This document shows positions 52,458 to 63,942 of a DNA stretch of 64,000 bases, in pieces. Position numbers and translations under genes: made by a program. Position 1 is the first letter of the stretch; every line of letters starts with the position of its first letter. The notes under the pieces are model-generated. The model had not been told where the DNA came from, made no database searches, and saw only the letters and a list, made by a program, of their open reading frames with translations. The stretch covers positions 4,128,001-4,192,000 of the forward strand of contig CAVWVQ010000003.1 of the NCBI GenBank assembly GCA_963758525.1, given 5' to 3'. The stretch is from an uncultured Phycisphaerales bacterium. Lineage in GTDB: Bacteria > Planctomycetota > Phycisphaerae > Tepidisphaerales > Tepidisphaeraceae.

Positions 52458-52871
52458 ATGCCGCCCACCAACGAGCGAAGCAGTTGCAAGTCAATGCAGG
52501 AACTAATCGACGACGTCGGTGTATACCCTGCGTCTGCGTATCAGTTTGTGCAGGATGCTCTGGGTTTTACGGTTCGCAAGGTACACGGTGCGTGTGAAGA
52601 CTGCGATGCGACCGTCAGCCGGCACGTCACCGGGCAGGATCTGTGCGAAGGGGCGCGGGAATACGCGACGAAGCAGTGGGGGATGCTCGCATACACCGTG
52701 CTTCGCCGCTGGAACATCACCCGCACGATCGATCTGGGGCGGATCGTCTTCGCGCTGATCGACATCGGGCAGTTGCAGAGAACCGAAAACGACACCCTCG
52801 ACGATTTCCGCGATGTCTTCGACCTCAAGAAGGCCCTGGAAGCCGAGTATTGCATCGCACTTGGCTCATGA
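52458..52871 (+). CDS. PVC-restricted small protein (Minf_1886 family)
   Basis: YP..AY.FV..AL, HVTGQDL, W.I..T.D.G.IVF.L, D..DDF pattern. Confidence 0.75.
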   Translation: MPPTNERSSCKSMQELIDDVGVYPASAYQFVQDALGFTVRKVHGACEDCDATVSRHVTGQDLCEGAREYATKQWGMLAYTVLRRWNITRTIDLGRIVFALIDIGQLQRTENDTLDDFRDVFDLKKALEAEYCIALGS

Positions 52872-53086
52872 ACTCCGCCAAGCGATCGGCTGCGCAGCCG
52901 ACTTCTGTTCGGCCCTCCCTCGAACCATTGCCGCCTCTCAAGCCGCGACGTGCGCTGTTCCGCGTCCTCCTGGCAGCGACCGCTCTTTGGATGGTCGCGC
53001 TGCTTTGCATGTATTGGTTCACCGTCCGGCCCCAGCGCATCAACTCACCTGCCGACTTGGCAAATTTTCCAGCGACCAGACCTTGA
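52868..53086 (+). CDS. Small membrane hypothetical protein
   Basis: ATGA overlap; single TM. Confidence 0.5.
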   Translation: MNSAKRSAAQPTSVRPSLEPLPPLKPRRALFRVLLAATALWMVALLCMYWFTVRPQRINSPADLANFPATRP

Positions 53087-54754
53087 TTACGCTTCTCTTT
53101 GAAGCACGCGCCCCTTGGCATCCGCGCGGCCGAGCAAGCCCTTGCGATCGATCAGACTGCTGATCCCTACCAGTATCAGTTCGCCGGCTGTTGCCCAGAG
53201 CCGCAACAGCACGCTGAGAAACGCCAGAAATCCCGCGAGCACTTTTGGATCTGAAAACTTCTGCCGCACCGGGGCGGGGAGTGCCACCTGCATTGCAGCC
53301 ACAAAGACCAACTCGCGCACGCCCAAGCCTCCCGCGCACCAAAATGCGAGAAATCCCGCGCACCATGCCAGGCAATACGCGCCGCCGACGACCCACCACT
53401 TGGTAAATTGCAGGTCCAGCGGCTGGGTCGTGATCATCCAGATGGCCATGCTCTGCCAGAGCAAGCCGAGCATCGCCCAGCCGAGCAGTCCGGCAAGCAC
53501 GCGGAAACGCAGCTTCCGTTCGACCGGCTCCTTCCCCATCTTTCGCAAGATCGCATTGGTGATGCCGTAAAAAACTTTCGGGTGAAGCAGAGCAAGGAGG
53601 ACCGGCGCCAGCAGCGCGACGGACAACAGCCACGCCTGCGCCGTTTCGTGCATCGTTTTGAACCCAAACCACGTCAGACATCCCACGGCCAGCAGCACGT
53701 TGGCCAGCAGAAAAATCGTCAGCTCCAGGATCTGGCTGGTGGAGCAGACCGTCCCCGACACTCCGTACGGACGAACGAGATACACTCGTCCCACTACCTG
53801 CCAGATGACCCCGGGCAGATAACGCGCCAGCTCCGAGGATGACCAGATCCGGGTTGTTGCCGCGATCGGCAGACGGTGCCCCAGCCCGCTGAGGATCCGC
53901 CGCCATGACATCGCGCGGAAGATGAACAAGAACGCGGCAAACATCGCCGACGCCAGCAGCACCAGGCTCCAGTTGGTATGCTCGACACGATCCTTCACCT
54001 GGTCCCACCGCCGATAGACCGGCCGAAGAATCCAGAAGAAGATCGCCAGCGTTAACACCACCCCCGCCCCGCGACGTCCCCATTTCTTCCCGCTGGTCCA
54101 GATGCCGCGCACGGCCTGGCCCCGGTCGAACGCGAAGATTTCCTTGTCGGGCGCGCGGGTCATCGTGCGATCCATCCGCGAGTTCTGCCGCCGCCTTCTC
54201 CTGGGTGGCAGAAGCTCAATCCCATAGCGCCGCAACCACGGCCGCGCCGTCCGCCGCGCCCGCGGCACGGCTGCCAGCGCGCGGTTGAAGAGCAGGATCA
54301 TCGGCGATCCGAAGAGCAGCGTCAGCCCCGTCGCCGCGAGGTAGATCAGCACCAGCAGGCCGCATGTGGCCGGCGAGATGTGATAATTCAGATGAAACGT
54401 TTTGATGACATACGCGATCAGCAGCGTCGGGAGCACCACCGCGAGCACTGCCATTCCCGCCCGAAACACCCGGCTTTCCTCCGGCACCGGCTTGCCGCTC
54501 AGAACGCGTGCCGTGATGCGCCGCTTCCCCGGAAACCAGATCAGCCCGAATCCGATCAGGAACAGAAAAAATCCGATTGGCACCGGCGACAGCAGCCCCG
54601 CCGCCCACGAGCTGATAATCAGAATCCAGCCAAGGATGTTGCGTCCGATGATCCAGCAATAGACCGCCACCAGCGGAGCGCGTCGCCGCGCGGGCAGCGT
54701 TTCGGCTTCGCTTGCCGGGATCGTCTGAGGATGATCGAGCTGATCGGTAGCCAT
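53087..54754 (-). CDS. LPG-synthase TM / flippase-like membrane protein with N-terminal extension
   Basis: W..IL, ARYLPG and GGLGVRE motifs. Confidence 0.75.
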   Translation of the reverse strand: MATDQLDHPQTIPASEAETLPARRRAPLVAVYCWIIGRNILGWILIISSWAAGLLSPVPIGFFLFLIGFGLIWFPGKRRITARVLSGKPVPEESRVFRAGMAVLAVVLPTLLIAYVIKTFHLNYHISPATCGLLVLIYLAATGLTLLFGSPMILLFNRALAAVPRARRTARPWLRRYGIELLPPRRRRRQNSRMDRTMTRAPDKEIFAFDRGQAVRGIWTSGKKWGRRGAGVVLTLAIFFWILRPVYRRWDQVKDRVEHTNWSLVLLASAMFAAFLFIFRAMSWRRILSGLGHRLPIAATTRIWSSSELARYLPGVIWQVVGRVYLVRPYGVSGTVCSTSQILELTIFLLANVLLAVGCLTWFGFKTMHETAQAWLLSVALLAPVLLALLHPKVFYGITNAILRKMGKEPVERKLRFRVLAGLLGWAMLGLLWQSMAIWMITTQPLDLQFTKWWVVGGAYCLAWCAGFLAFWCAGGLGVRELVFVAAMQVALPAPVRQKFSDPKVLAGFLAFLSVLLRLWATAGELILVGISSLIDRKGLLGRADAKGRVLQREA

Positions 54755-55100
54755 GGTTTGCTGGTCTGACAACTGCCGCCGGCGTTCGCTCAAAATGGTG
54801 CGGCGCGATCATACGCGGAATTGGGTCCAAACGGGAAAATGGATCGGGAAGAAGGCTCGGAAGAAGGCACGGAGGCACGAAGCGCAGAGAAGACGCGGAA
54901 GAGCGTAACGTCTTGGCATCGCCAACGGTGTCGCCGTAGTTTACCCTTCGCGGCAGCGAACCGGTTCCCCCTTTTCTTCATTTGCAGATTCGCAATTTGC
55001 AATTTGCAATCCCCGATTTGCAACATGCAACTTCCCGGCATTTCCCGCGACCACATTGCGATGCCTTCCAACTGGCTGGCCCCATCAGTACATTTGGTCA

Positions 55101-55658
55101 ATGCACGACGACATTGAGAAGATCCTGATTTCGGAGGCGACGATCGCCGCGCGAGTGACGGCGCTGGCTGCGCAGATCACCGCCGACCATCTCGCGTCGG
55201 CGGGAGGCGCGGAGTTGATGATCGTTCCGGTCCTCACTGGCGCGATGATCTTCTGCGGCGACCTCATTCGCAAAATTCCCATAGCCATGCGCATCGGTCT
55301 CTGCACCGTCAGCAGCTATCCCGGCCACAGCCTGCGCAGTCAGGGGTCCCAACTGCTCTCCCAACAGCTTGGCGACGTCCGCGGGCGTCACGTTTTGCTC
55401 ATCGAAGATATTCTCGACAGCGGCGGAACCCTCGGCCTCGTCATCCCGCTCCTGCGCGAAATGGCTCCCGCGAGTCTGCGGGTCTGCGTTCTGCTCCGCA
55501 AAGAGCGCCCCGAGGCGCTGTCGGTCAAGGTCGACTACGTCGGATTCAACATCCCCGATGAATTTGTGGTCGGCTACGGCCTCGATTACAACAATTACTA
55601 CCGGAACCTGCCCGACGTCGTGACGCTCAAGCCGCAGGCAATTCGAGCAAAAGCGTGA
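55101..55658 (+). CDS. hpt: Hypoxanthine phosphoribosyltransferase
   Basis: VLLIEDILDSGGT, FVVGYGLDY..YRNLP. Confidence 0.95.
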   Translation: MHDDIEKILISEATIAARVTALAAQITADHLASAGGAELMIVPVLTGAMIFCGDLIRKIPIAMRIGLCTVSSYPGHSLRSQGSQLLSQQLGDVRGRHVLLIEDILDSGGTLGLVIPLLREMAPASLRVCVLLRKERPEALSVKVDYVGFNIPDEFVVGYGLDYNNYYRNLPDVVTLKPQAIRAKA

Positions 55659-56293
55659 TGAAGACCATTCCGCAGTTTCGCAACATCGCATCGCGCCGGC
55701 GCCCGGCGGCGCTCCCCGTTGCGAGGGTTGCCCGTCCTCCCAGCCCGCAGCCGATGCTGTTTCCCATTGAGTCCGCCGCCGTCGCCGCGCCGCTTGCATC
55801 TCCGATGGCAAGCCTTCTGACGCGTCATCTTCTGCGCGACGGAGAGGTGATTCTGCTGGTCCTCAAACCTTCGCTGTGGTTTGTGCTGCTCTCCGCGCTT
55901 CGGTTCATCGCGGCGACGCTGATCGTTGCCATTGCCGCCCGGCTCTGGGCGCATGCTCCCACGCATCTCTGCGCGGAAGGAACAGTGTTGTGCATTGCCG
56001 GCCGGCTGATGCTCGCCACTCTGAATTGGATGGGGCGGTTGTACGTTCTGACCGATCAGCGCGTCCTCCGCATCAGCGGCGTCCTCAGCGTCGACATCTG
56101 CGACTGCCCTTTGCGAAAGGTCGCCCGCACCCGCATTCTCCGCACCTTCCGAGAAAAGATTCTCCGACTCGGGTCAATCGAGATCATTCCCCAGGAAGAA
56201 GAACGTCCCTGTGCCCTATGGCAGACGGTGGCCAGGCCGATTGAAATCAACGAACGATTGATGGAAACGATCCGGCGAGCCAAAGCTGGTTGA
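55655..56293 (+). CDS. Membrane protein with bacterial PH domain
   Basis: Two TMs, then YVLTDQR...G and LGSI pattern. Confidence 0.7.
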   Translation: MMKTIPQFRNIASRRRPAALPVARVARPPSPQPMLFPIESAAVAAPLASPMASLLTRHLLRDGEVILLVLKPSLWFVLLSALRFIAATLIVAIAARLWAHAPTHLCAEGTVLCIAGRLMLATLNWMGRLYVLTDQRVLRISGVLSVDICDCPLRKVARTRILRTFREKILRLGSIEIIPQEEERPCALWQTVARPIEINERLMETIRRAKAG

Positions 56294-56305
56294 AGGACTT
56301 TCCCG

Positions 56306-56416
56306 GTGGCATGGGCGTCCCGCGCGTGTTGGCGATTTTGAAACAGAAAAGAAGCGTTCGATATCCAGGTCATCTCCTGTTCCACGCAGCTAACACGGGC
56401 GGGACGCCCGTGCCAC
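56306..56416. repeat. REP-like inverted pair (GTGGCAYGGGCGTCCCGCSCGTG)
   Basis: Inverted units between convergent genes. Confidence 0.65.
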
Positions 56417-56525
56417 GGGGATACGATCTGAAAATCAGGGAACACGATTACGATAGTTCATCGTTCGTTCTAACATTGCGCAGGTTGCTCGCAGCCGCGG
56501 ATGTACATCCGCGGCTCCTTTTTGC

Positions 56526-57802
56526 CTACGCTCGGACGACGCACGCTGGGCGCCGGCCCGCCCACACGGCGCACGGCTCCGCTTGATTCTCGAGAATTTC
56601 CAGCAACGGCTCGGCGCTGCGAGTCGGGAAAATTGCGATATCCGCGCGGCGGCCAACCATGAGCCGTCCAGACATTTCCTGGCACGCAACCGCCGCGGCC
56701 GCACGCACGGTTGCCATCTCCCAGATCCGCTCCGGCGGAACCTCGGGAGCGAGGTGATGCAGCAGGCGCAGATCATCGACCAGATTCAAATTCGGCGAAC
56801 TGCCCCGGCTGTCAGTTCCCACCGCGACGTTGACCCCGCGAGCCAGCATCTGTCGCCAGCGGTGGGGCGGATGTCCGAAGTATTCGTGCGTTCGTGGACA
56901 ATAGACGACGCTTGCGCGGCCTCGCGCGAGCAGCCGCAATTCATCATCATCGCAGTAATTCACGTGTGCCAACAGAGTTTTGGGGTAATCCAGATATCCG
57001 AGTTCCGCCGCCATGCGGATCGAGCCGCCCGTAAACCTCGGCACCTGCTCGTCCCATCCGCCGATGCGTCCCCACAGCTCGCGCAGCGGGCCGCTGTGGG
57101 CCGCGAGAAACGGTGCTTCGTCGTCGGATTCCGCCAGGTGCGTAGCCACCGGCAACGCGTGCTGACGTGCAACCTCCAGGCAGCGCTGATAGCCGGTGAT
57201 CTCGACCGAATAAGGGGCGTGCGGCGAGATTCCCGTTCGAAGCGTCGGCGATTCGCCGGCACGATTCGCCGCCGTCGCCAGTCGCTCCTCCAGCAGACCG
57301 CGCCGCGCCGCCATCGCAAGCACTTCGCCGTAGCTGACGACCCGCAGAGGCCCGTCGCGCAGCACTTGGCGAGTCAACGTGCAGCGTTGGCTGATATCCC
57401 CGACGCACGTCACCCCAAACCGCAGGCATTCCGCAACGCCTGCCGCAACTGCCTGCCGCACCCGCGCGCGCCCGCTTCCCCTGGCAGCGCCGATTGCTTC
57501 ACCACTTGCCCCAGCCAATCCGCGAGCCCCGGGTTACCCGACGGCGGGCTCAAATCACTCAACTCCAGATGCACGTGCGCATTCACCAGCCCCGGCAACA
57601 TCAGGGCGTCGCCGCATTCTGTCACGGTTGCCCCGGGGAAATCTGCCCGCACCGTCCCCCACGTCCCCACGCCGACGATAAATTCTCCTCGCAAGGCCAC
57701 CGCGCCGTCGCGGATCACAGGCCGATCCATCGGCGCGACCCACATTGCGCGGAGGATCGTTTCCTCCGCCGCGTCCTCTTTCGCAGCTTCGACGAGTGAC
57801 AT
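56526..57802 (-). CDS. Amidohydrolase (nucleoside deaminase-like; frameshift near 57490)
   Basis: PGLVNAHVHLE, SPHAPYS, HLAES, AH, GTDS. Confidence 0.85.
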
Positions 57803-57936
57803 CCGAAAGTCAGTCTAACCGATTGAGGATTTCAAATTTTAAATCGGGGACTTGAACTCGCGATGAACCCCCGTCTCTCAATTCGCAATTTGCAATATTT
57901 GCAATCCCCAATTTGCAATTTGCAACTCCCAGTGCC

Positions 57937-58602
57937 CTATACGACCTGATCTTCCAGCATATCCGCAGCGAGCAGCTTCGCGGTTTCGCGAGCGCGCGCC
58001 AGCCGCGCTTCAGCAATCCTCCGAACGGCTACGAAATGAAACCCTTCCCGGATGCGCGCCTCCCAGTATCCGTACTGCTCGCGTTTTTGCAGGCCGTCGG
58101 CCAGCAGAGCCAGGCCTTCGCCCTGCCGCGCAAGCGCAATGATCTGATTCACAATTCCAATCACGCCAAAGTCATCGAGGTTGACGGCGTCCGCCAGCAG
58201 CTTGGCTTCATCGAGCATCGGGGAGCGGTGGGGCATTTCGTGCAGGAGGCGCGTCGTTCGGTCCAGCAGTGACTCATCGGTGTTCTGGTCCAGCAGCCCC
58301 ACGAGCATCTCGGCAGCATCCTCGCAACGATCGCGCAGGCTGGCGCGCGCGGGCTTGCCGGTCGCAAGACGCTTGCTCTGACGCAGCGGCAACTGCAGCG
58401 CGTAACAGGCCAGCTCGAGTGCGTCGGCGTCGATAATATTACTGAGCAGGCCGAGCTGCTGAAAGCGCGCGACGCGGCGCCAGATGCGCAGCGCGTCTTC
58501 CCGCAGGCGCGGGCCGACGGTCCCATGATCGTCGACGACGGCCAGGGCCTTTTCCAGGCGCTGAACCAGCTTTGAATCCAGCGACATAGGCATCTGATGC
58601 AT
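57937..58602 (-). CDS. Hypothetical protein, degenerate HD-like fold
   Basis: EAKLLADAVNLDDFG resembles an HD C-terminal motif but the His-Asp pair is absent. Confidence 0.6.
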   Translation of the reverse strand: MHQMPMSLDSKLVQRLEKALAVVDDHGTVGPRLREDALRIWRRVARFQQLGLLSNIIDADALELACYALQLPLRQSKRLATGKPARASLRDRCEDAAEMLVGLLDQNTDESLLDRTTRLLHEMPHRSPMLDEAKLLADAVNLDDFGVIGIVNQIIALARQGEGLALLADGLQKREQYGYWEARIREGFHFVAVRRIAEARLARARETAKLLAADMLEDQVV

Positions 58603-59085
58603 CAAGGGATCGGGTTCGGAGGTGTCGTTATCGGACTTGCTTCACGCCTCAACTAGCGCGCCTCGCGGTGTCGCGCGGTGCGGGCATACGCTTCACCCGC
58701 GGGCGACAGACAACTATGATCGACCTTCAACGCGGCCGGAAAGGAATAATTCATGTACGTCGCCTGAATCGGCGGACGACTGGGCGCGTCTGAGTCAGCG
58801 GGATTTTGCCCAGCTTGCCGTCGATGCGGGATTTGCGGGCTGCGATGCCGGGTTTGAGATCGGCTTCGACGATTGCCGAACACGACAGCAATGCGCCAGT
58901 GCGCTTGAACCCTTCGCGCGTGAATCCGCAGGGCCGTGCGCGACTTTCCGGGATTGTGTAACTTTGCATCCTGCAATCTATTTCCCCCTCCCCTGGTGTG
59001 CTCCGGGGGAGGGCTGGGGTGGCGGCAGTGCTTTGTGCAAGTGCACTTCGCGTCTTCACGCCTTGCCCTATTGGGGCTCCAAACG

Positions 59086-59153
59086 GTAGGGCGGGATTCA
59101 TCCCGCCGTTTTTCTCAGCCGGCCGACAAATCGGCGGGATAATCCCGCCCTAC
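59086..59153. repeat. GTAG-type REP doublet (inverted relative to the 12560 copy)
   Basis: Same unit and related spacer as 12560-12628. Confidence 0.85.
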
Positions 59154-59240
59154 TCGGAGCCGATCGCTACCACACCGGCGCCGCCTGACGCGCATGGCCC
59201 GGCTTGGAAACCGGTGCTATGAGAGGTAACGTGCGTTGGT

Positions 59241-60517
59241 ATGAAGGTATTGCTGATCGGAAATGGCGGGCGGGAGCACGCTCTGGCGTGGAAACTGGCC
59301 CAGTCGCCGCGGGTGACGGCGCTCTATGCGCTGCCGGGCAATCCCGGCACGGCACAGTTTGCCGACAACGTGCCGCTGGACGTCATGAACTTCGACAAGA
59401 TCGAGAAGTTCGTCAAGCAGAACGCGATCGGCATGGTCGTCATCGGCCCCGAAGATCCGCTGGCGGCGGGACTGGCCGATCGGATCCTGGCGATGGGCGT
59501 GAAGGTGTTTGGTCCGACCAGGGAGGGGCGCGGATCGAAGCGGACAAGTGGTTCGCGAAGGAAATCATGCGGCATCAGTCGATTCCGACTGCCGAGGCGC
59601 GTTCTTTCACTGATCCGGCAAAAGCGGAGGAATTCCTCAAAGCCCGGGATGAGCCCGTGGTCGTGAAGGCCGCCGGGCTCGCGAAGGGGAAGGGCGTTAC
59701 CGTCTGCTATCGGACTTCCGATGCGATCGAGGCCGTCAATAACGCGATCAAAAAGAAAGCGTTCGGAGACGCCGGCGCTCGCGTGGTGATCGAGGAGATG
59801 TTGCACGGGCCCGAGTGCTCGATTCTGGCTTTCGTGGACCGCCGGTCGATCTACGTGATGGAAACCGCGCAGGATCACAAACCGGTCGAGGACGGGGACA
59901 TTGGCCCGATGACTGGCGGCATGGGGGCCTACTCGCCGACGCCGGTTGTCACCGACGAAATTCTCCACCAGATCGAACGCGACATTCTCGTCCCGGCCGT
60001 CGACGGGCTCGTTCGCGAAGGAATCGACTACAAGGGCATCCTGTACGCGGGCCTGATGCTCACGCCGAACGGGCCGAAGGTGCTGGAGTTCAACTGCCGA
60101 TTCGGGGATCCGGAAACGCAGCCGCTGATGATGCGCCTGCAAAGCGACCTGCTGGAGGTAATGCTTGCCGTCGCCGACGGCAAGCTCGACCAGGTCGAAC
60201 TGAAATGGGATCCGCGCCCGGCGCTGTGCGTCGTCGCAACAGCAGGCGGCTACCCTGGCAAGTACGCGACCGGCCTGCCAATCACCGGCATCGCCGACGC
60301 CGATGCGATGCGCGACGTAAAGGTATTCCAAGCCGGCACCCGGGCGGAGGGCAACGAAATCGTAACAGACGGCGGCCGGGTGCTGAGCGTCGCCGCGCTA
60401 GGCGACACGATCGCCGACGCCAGAAATCGCGCCTACGAGGCAATCAAGAAAATTCATTTCGAAGGAATGCACTTCCGCACAGACATCGGTCATCAGGCGA
60501 TGGGCAGTGAAACGTGA
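59241..60517 (+). CDS. purD: Phosphoribosylamine-glycine ligase (frameshift near 59527)
   Basis: GNGGREHAL, GLAKGKGV, QDHK, TGGMGAYSP, EFNCRFGDPE. Confidence 0.95.
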
Positions 60518-60781
60518 CAAAGCCGGTGATTGGTGATTGGAACGTGACGGGGGACAATTACTGAAAAGTCGCGAGTTGTAAAACGATCGGACGCGGGCCG
60601 GGCCCGGAACTCGGCCGCCGCACCCGCCGTGGCTTGCCCTTCGCGGAGCGCCCTCTTACCGCCGCGCCGCTCGCATCGGCGGGACGCCGATGCCACGGGG
60701 AAGCTCGCCGAGCAGGGCGGGATTCATCCCGCCGATTGACTCAGGCGCGTATCTGCCCGCGACAAAACCAGCCCCGATCAA

Positions 60782-61795
60782 TCACCCCTTCGGCGGCTCT
60801 TTCGCCTTCAACCACGGCATCATCTTGCGGAGTTTGCGGCCCGTGACCTCCACGGGGTGATTGTTGTCGGCTTCGTACAGCCGCTTGAAATTCTTCATTC
60901 CCGATTCGTACTCCGCGCGCCATTCCTTTGCGAACTGGCCGCTGGTGATTTCCGCGAGAATCTTCTTCATCTCGGCTTTGGTCTGGGCGTTCACGATGCG
61001 CGGGCCGCGGGTGAGATCGCCGTACTCGGCGGTGTTGCTGATGCTGTAGCGCATGTAATCGAGGCCGCCCTGATAGATCAGGTCGACGATCAGTTTCACC
61101 TCATGAACGCATTCGAAGTAGGCCATCTCCGGCGGATAGCCGGCTTCGGTGAGCGTCTCGAATCCGGCTTTGATCAGGGCGGAGAGCCCGCCGCAGAGGA
61201 CGGCCTGCTCGCCGAAGAGATCGGTTTCGCATTCGTCCTTAAAGCTGGTTTCGATGATGCCCGACCGCGCGCCACCGATGCCGCGCGCCCAGGCGAGGCC
61301 GATCTCGCGCGCCTTGCCGGTGGCGTTTTGATGGATCGCCAGAAGGCAGGGCACGCCGCCGCCGCGCTCAAATTCGCTGCGAACCAGATGGCCCGGCCCC
61401 TTTGGAGCGATCAGCAGGACATCAACGTCTTTTGGAGGGACGATCGTTTTGAAATGCACATTGAAGCCGTGCGTCGCCCCGAGCGCCTTGCCGGCCTTGA
61501 GATTCGGCGCGATGCTCTTTTCATACACGCCGGGCTGAACTTCGTCGGGGAGCGTGATGATGATCAAATCGCCGGCTTGCACCGCATCGTCGACCGAGAG
61601 CAATTCGAACCCGTGCTCCATGGCAAGCTTGCCGTTGGAACTGTCCTTGCGGTTGGCAACGACGACTTTCACGCCGCTGTCGCGGAGGTTGAGACCGTGA
61701 GCATGGCCTTGCGAGCCGAAGCCGAGGATGGCGACGGTCTTGCCCTTGAGGGCGTCGAGCGGTGCATCTTTCTCATAGATCATGGTGAGCGACAT
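60782..61795 (-). CDS. ilvC: Ketol-acid reductoisomerase
   Basis: [30 protein letters not shown]. Confidence 0.96.
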   Translation of the reverse strand: MSLTMIYEKDAPLDALKGKTVAILGFGSQGHAHGLNLRDSGVKVVVANRKDSSNGKLAMEHGFELLSVDDAVQAGDLIIITLPDEVQPGVYEKSIAPNLKAGKALGATHGFNVHFKTIVPPKDVDVLLIAPKGPGHLVRSEFERGGGVPCLLAIHQNATGKAREIGLAWARGIGGARSGIIETSFKDECETDLFGEQAVLCGGLSALIKAGFETLTEAGYPPEMAYFECVHEVKLIVDLIYQGGLDYMRYSISNTAEYGDLTRGPRIVNAQTKAEMKKILAEITSGQFAKEWRAEYESGMKNFKRLYEADNNHPVEVTGRKLRKMMPWLKAKEPPKG

Positions 61796-62022
61796 GGGTA
61801 CGGTTCTCCAGGGGCGGTAAATAGGCCAGATTGTCTCTCCGATAGCCGGAGCCGCGTCGATCAAATTGCTGACTTTCGCACGCTCCGCGGGAAGTTGCGA
61901 ATCGCATTATGTAGCGGACAACGCCGAAAAAGTAAAAACTGGCGAGCTGACGACCGGAACGATGGCGCTCAATTTCCGTCCGTCCACTCGGTGGGCGAGT
62001 ACTCCCACCCTAGAATAGCCGT

Positions 62023-63029
62023 ATGCCCGACCGCTTTGACCTTCCGATTCGCCCCCGCCGGTTGCGGCAGCAGCCGCAGCTTCGGGAAATGCTGCGCCGT
62101 CACGTGATCCGGCGCAGCGACATCATCGCCCCGGTCTTTGTCTGCGAGGGCCAGGGCGTGCGCCGAGAGGTGCCCTCCATGCCCGGCGTGTTTCAGATGT
62201 CTGCCGACGTGGCGCTGGACTGGCTGGGCGCCAGAGCGAACGAAGGCTTCGGCGCATATCTGGTTTTCGGCGTGATCGATCGGGCGAAGAAGGACCCGAT
62301 CGGATCGGCCGCGCTGGATGAGGGCAACGTCGTTTGTGAACTGCTGCGCCGCGCAAAAAGCGCCAAACTCAAAATGGCTGGGATCACGGACCTTTGTTTC
62401 TGTGAGTACACGAGCCATGGGCATTGCGGGCCGATGACCGCGGATCATGCGACGGTTCAGAACGACCAGACGGTTGCGCTTCTGGTCCGTCAGGCAATTA
62501 ACCACGCCCGAGCGGGAGCTGCTGTCATTGCGCCCAGCGGAATGATGGATGGCACCGTCGGCGCGCTGCGGAAAGGGCTGGACGCCGAGGGTTTGATCGA
62601 CGTGGCGATCCTGTCATATGCGGTGAAGTACGCCAGCGCCTTCTACGGTCCTTTTCGTGATGCCGCGGATTCGCGCCCGCGTTCGGCGACCGTCATTCGT
62701 ATCAAATGGACGGCGCCCGCGGCATCGACGAAGCGCTGCGAGAGGCCGCGCAGGATGTCGAGCAGGGCGCCGACATGGTGATGGTGAAGCCGGCCGGCGC
62801 ATATCTCGACGTCATTCGAGCGGTTCGCGAGAGTGTGCGGGTGCCGGTAGTGGCGTATCAAGTCAGCGGCGAGTACGCCATGATGGAAGCCGCTTTCCGC
62901 AACAACTGGCTGGAGCGGGAGCGGGCGGTTATGGAGTCGCTGGTTGCCATCAAACGTGCCGGGGCGGATCTGATCATTACCTACTATGCGGAACTGCTGG
63001 GGAAAATGCTGGCAGAGGAGAAGGGGTGA
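62023..63029 (+). CDS. hemB: Porphobilinogen synthase (frameshift near 62678)
   Basis: [39 protein letters not shown]. Confidence 0.95.
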
Positions 63030-63117
63030 GGAGGAGCCAGAAGCCAGGAGTCAGAAGTCAGAAGCGTAAGAAGCCGGAAGCGGGTAGACCAGTTTCAAAC
63101 ATATCCGGAGGTATTCG

Positions 63118-63942
63118 ATGGATCTGCAACTTACGGGAAAGAAAGCATTGGTGACGGGATCGACCGCAGGTATCGGCCTAGCGATCGCGACGGCGCTGGC
63201 GGCTGAAGGGGCTGTCGTGACTGTCAATGGTCGGACGGAAGCGCGGGTCGAGCAGGCGGTGCAGACCATTCGGGCCAAGACCGGCGCCGCGGACGTTCGC
63301 GGAATTGCCGCCGACCTTGCGACGGCATCGGGGTGCAGGCAGCTCATCGCGTTGCTTCCGGCGGTTGACATTCTCGTAAACAATCTTGGCATCTTTGAAC
63401 CGAAGCCATTCACGGAAATCCCCGACGACGATTGGCTCCATCTGTTTGAGGCGAACGTTCTCAGCGGTGTGCGGATGTCACGGCAGTATCTGCCGAAAAT
63501 GCTGGCGGCGGGGTGGGGGCGCGTGATTTTCATCTCCAGCGAGTCGGCGGTGAACATTCCGGCGGAGATGATTCACTACGGAATGTCAAAAACCGCTCAG
63601 ATTGCCGTCGCGCGCGGATTGGCGGAGATGACCAAAGGAACTGCGGTGACGGTCAATAGCGTGCTGCCCGGGCCGACGCGTTCAGAGGGCGTCGAGTTGT
63701 TTCTGAAGCAGATGGCCGGCGCAAAGTCCGCGAGCGATGTCGAGAAGGACTTCTTCACGACGATTCGGCCGACGTCGCTGCTGAAACGGTTTGAGGAGCC
63801 GGAGGAAATCGCGCAGGTGGTGGCGTTCGTCGCCAGCCCGCGCATCAGCCATCAACGGAGCGGCCGTTCGTGCCGAAGGCGGCTGCATCCAGGCGGCACT
63901 TTAGGCAGTGGAATACGGCGAATGACGGCGCGCTGCGTCTGA
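63118..63942 (+). CDS. SDR oxidoreductase (C-terminus probably frameshifted)
   Basis: TGSTAGIG, NNLG, ISSES, YGMSK, PGPT. Confidence 0.9.
   Translation: MDLQLTGKKALVTGSTAGIGLAIATALAAEGAVVTVNGRTEARVEQAVQTIRAKTGAADVRGIAADLATASGCRQLIALLPAVDILVNNLGIFEPKPFTEIPDDDWLHLFEANVLSGVRMSRQYLPKMLAAGWGRVIFISSESAVNIPAEMIHYGMSKTAQIAVARGLAEMTKGTAVTVNSVLPGPTRSEGVELFLKQMAGAKSASDVEKDFFTTIRPTSLLKRFEEPEEIAQVVAFVASPRISHQRSGRSCRRRLHPGGTLGSGIRRMTARCV

Noticed and set aside
59241..63029. Programmed frameshifting or pseudogenes in purD and hemB
   Set aside because: No slippery-site plus structure pattern; the same indel pattern occurs throughout the window.
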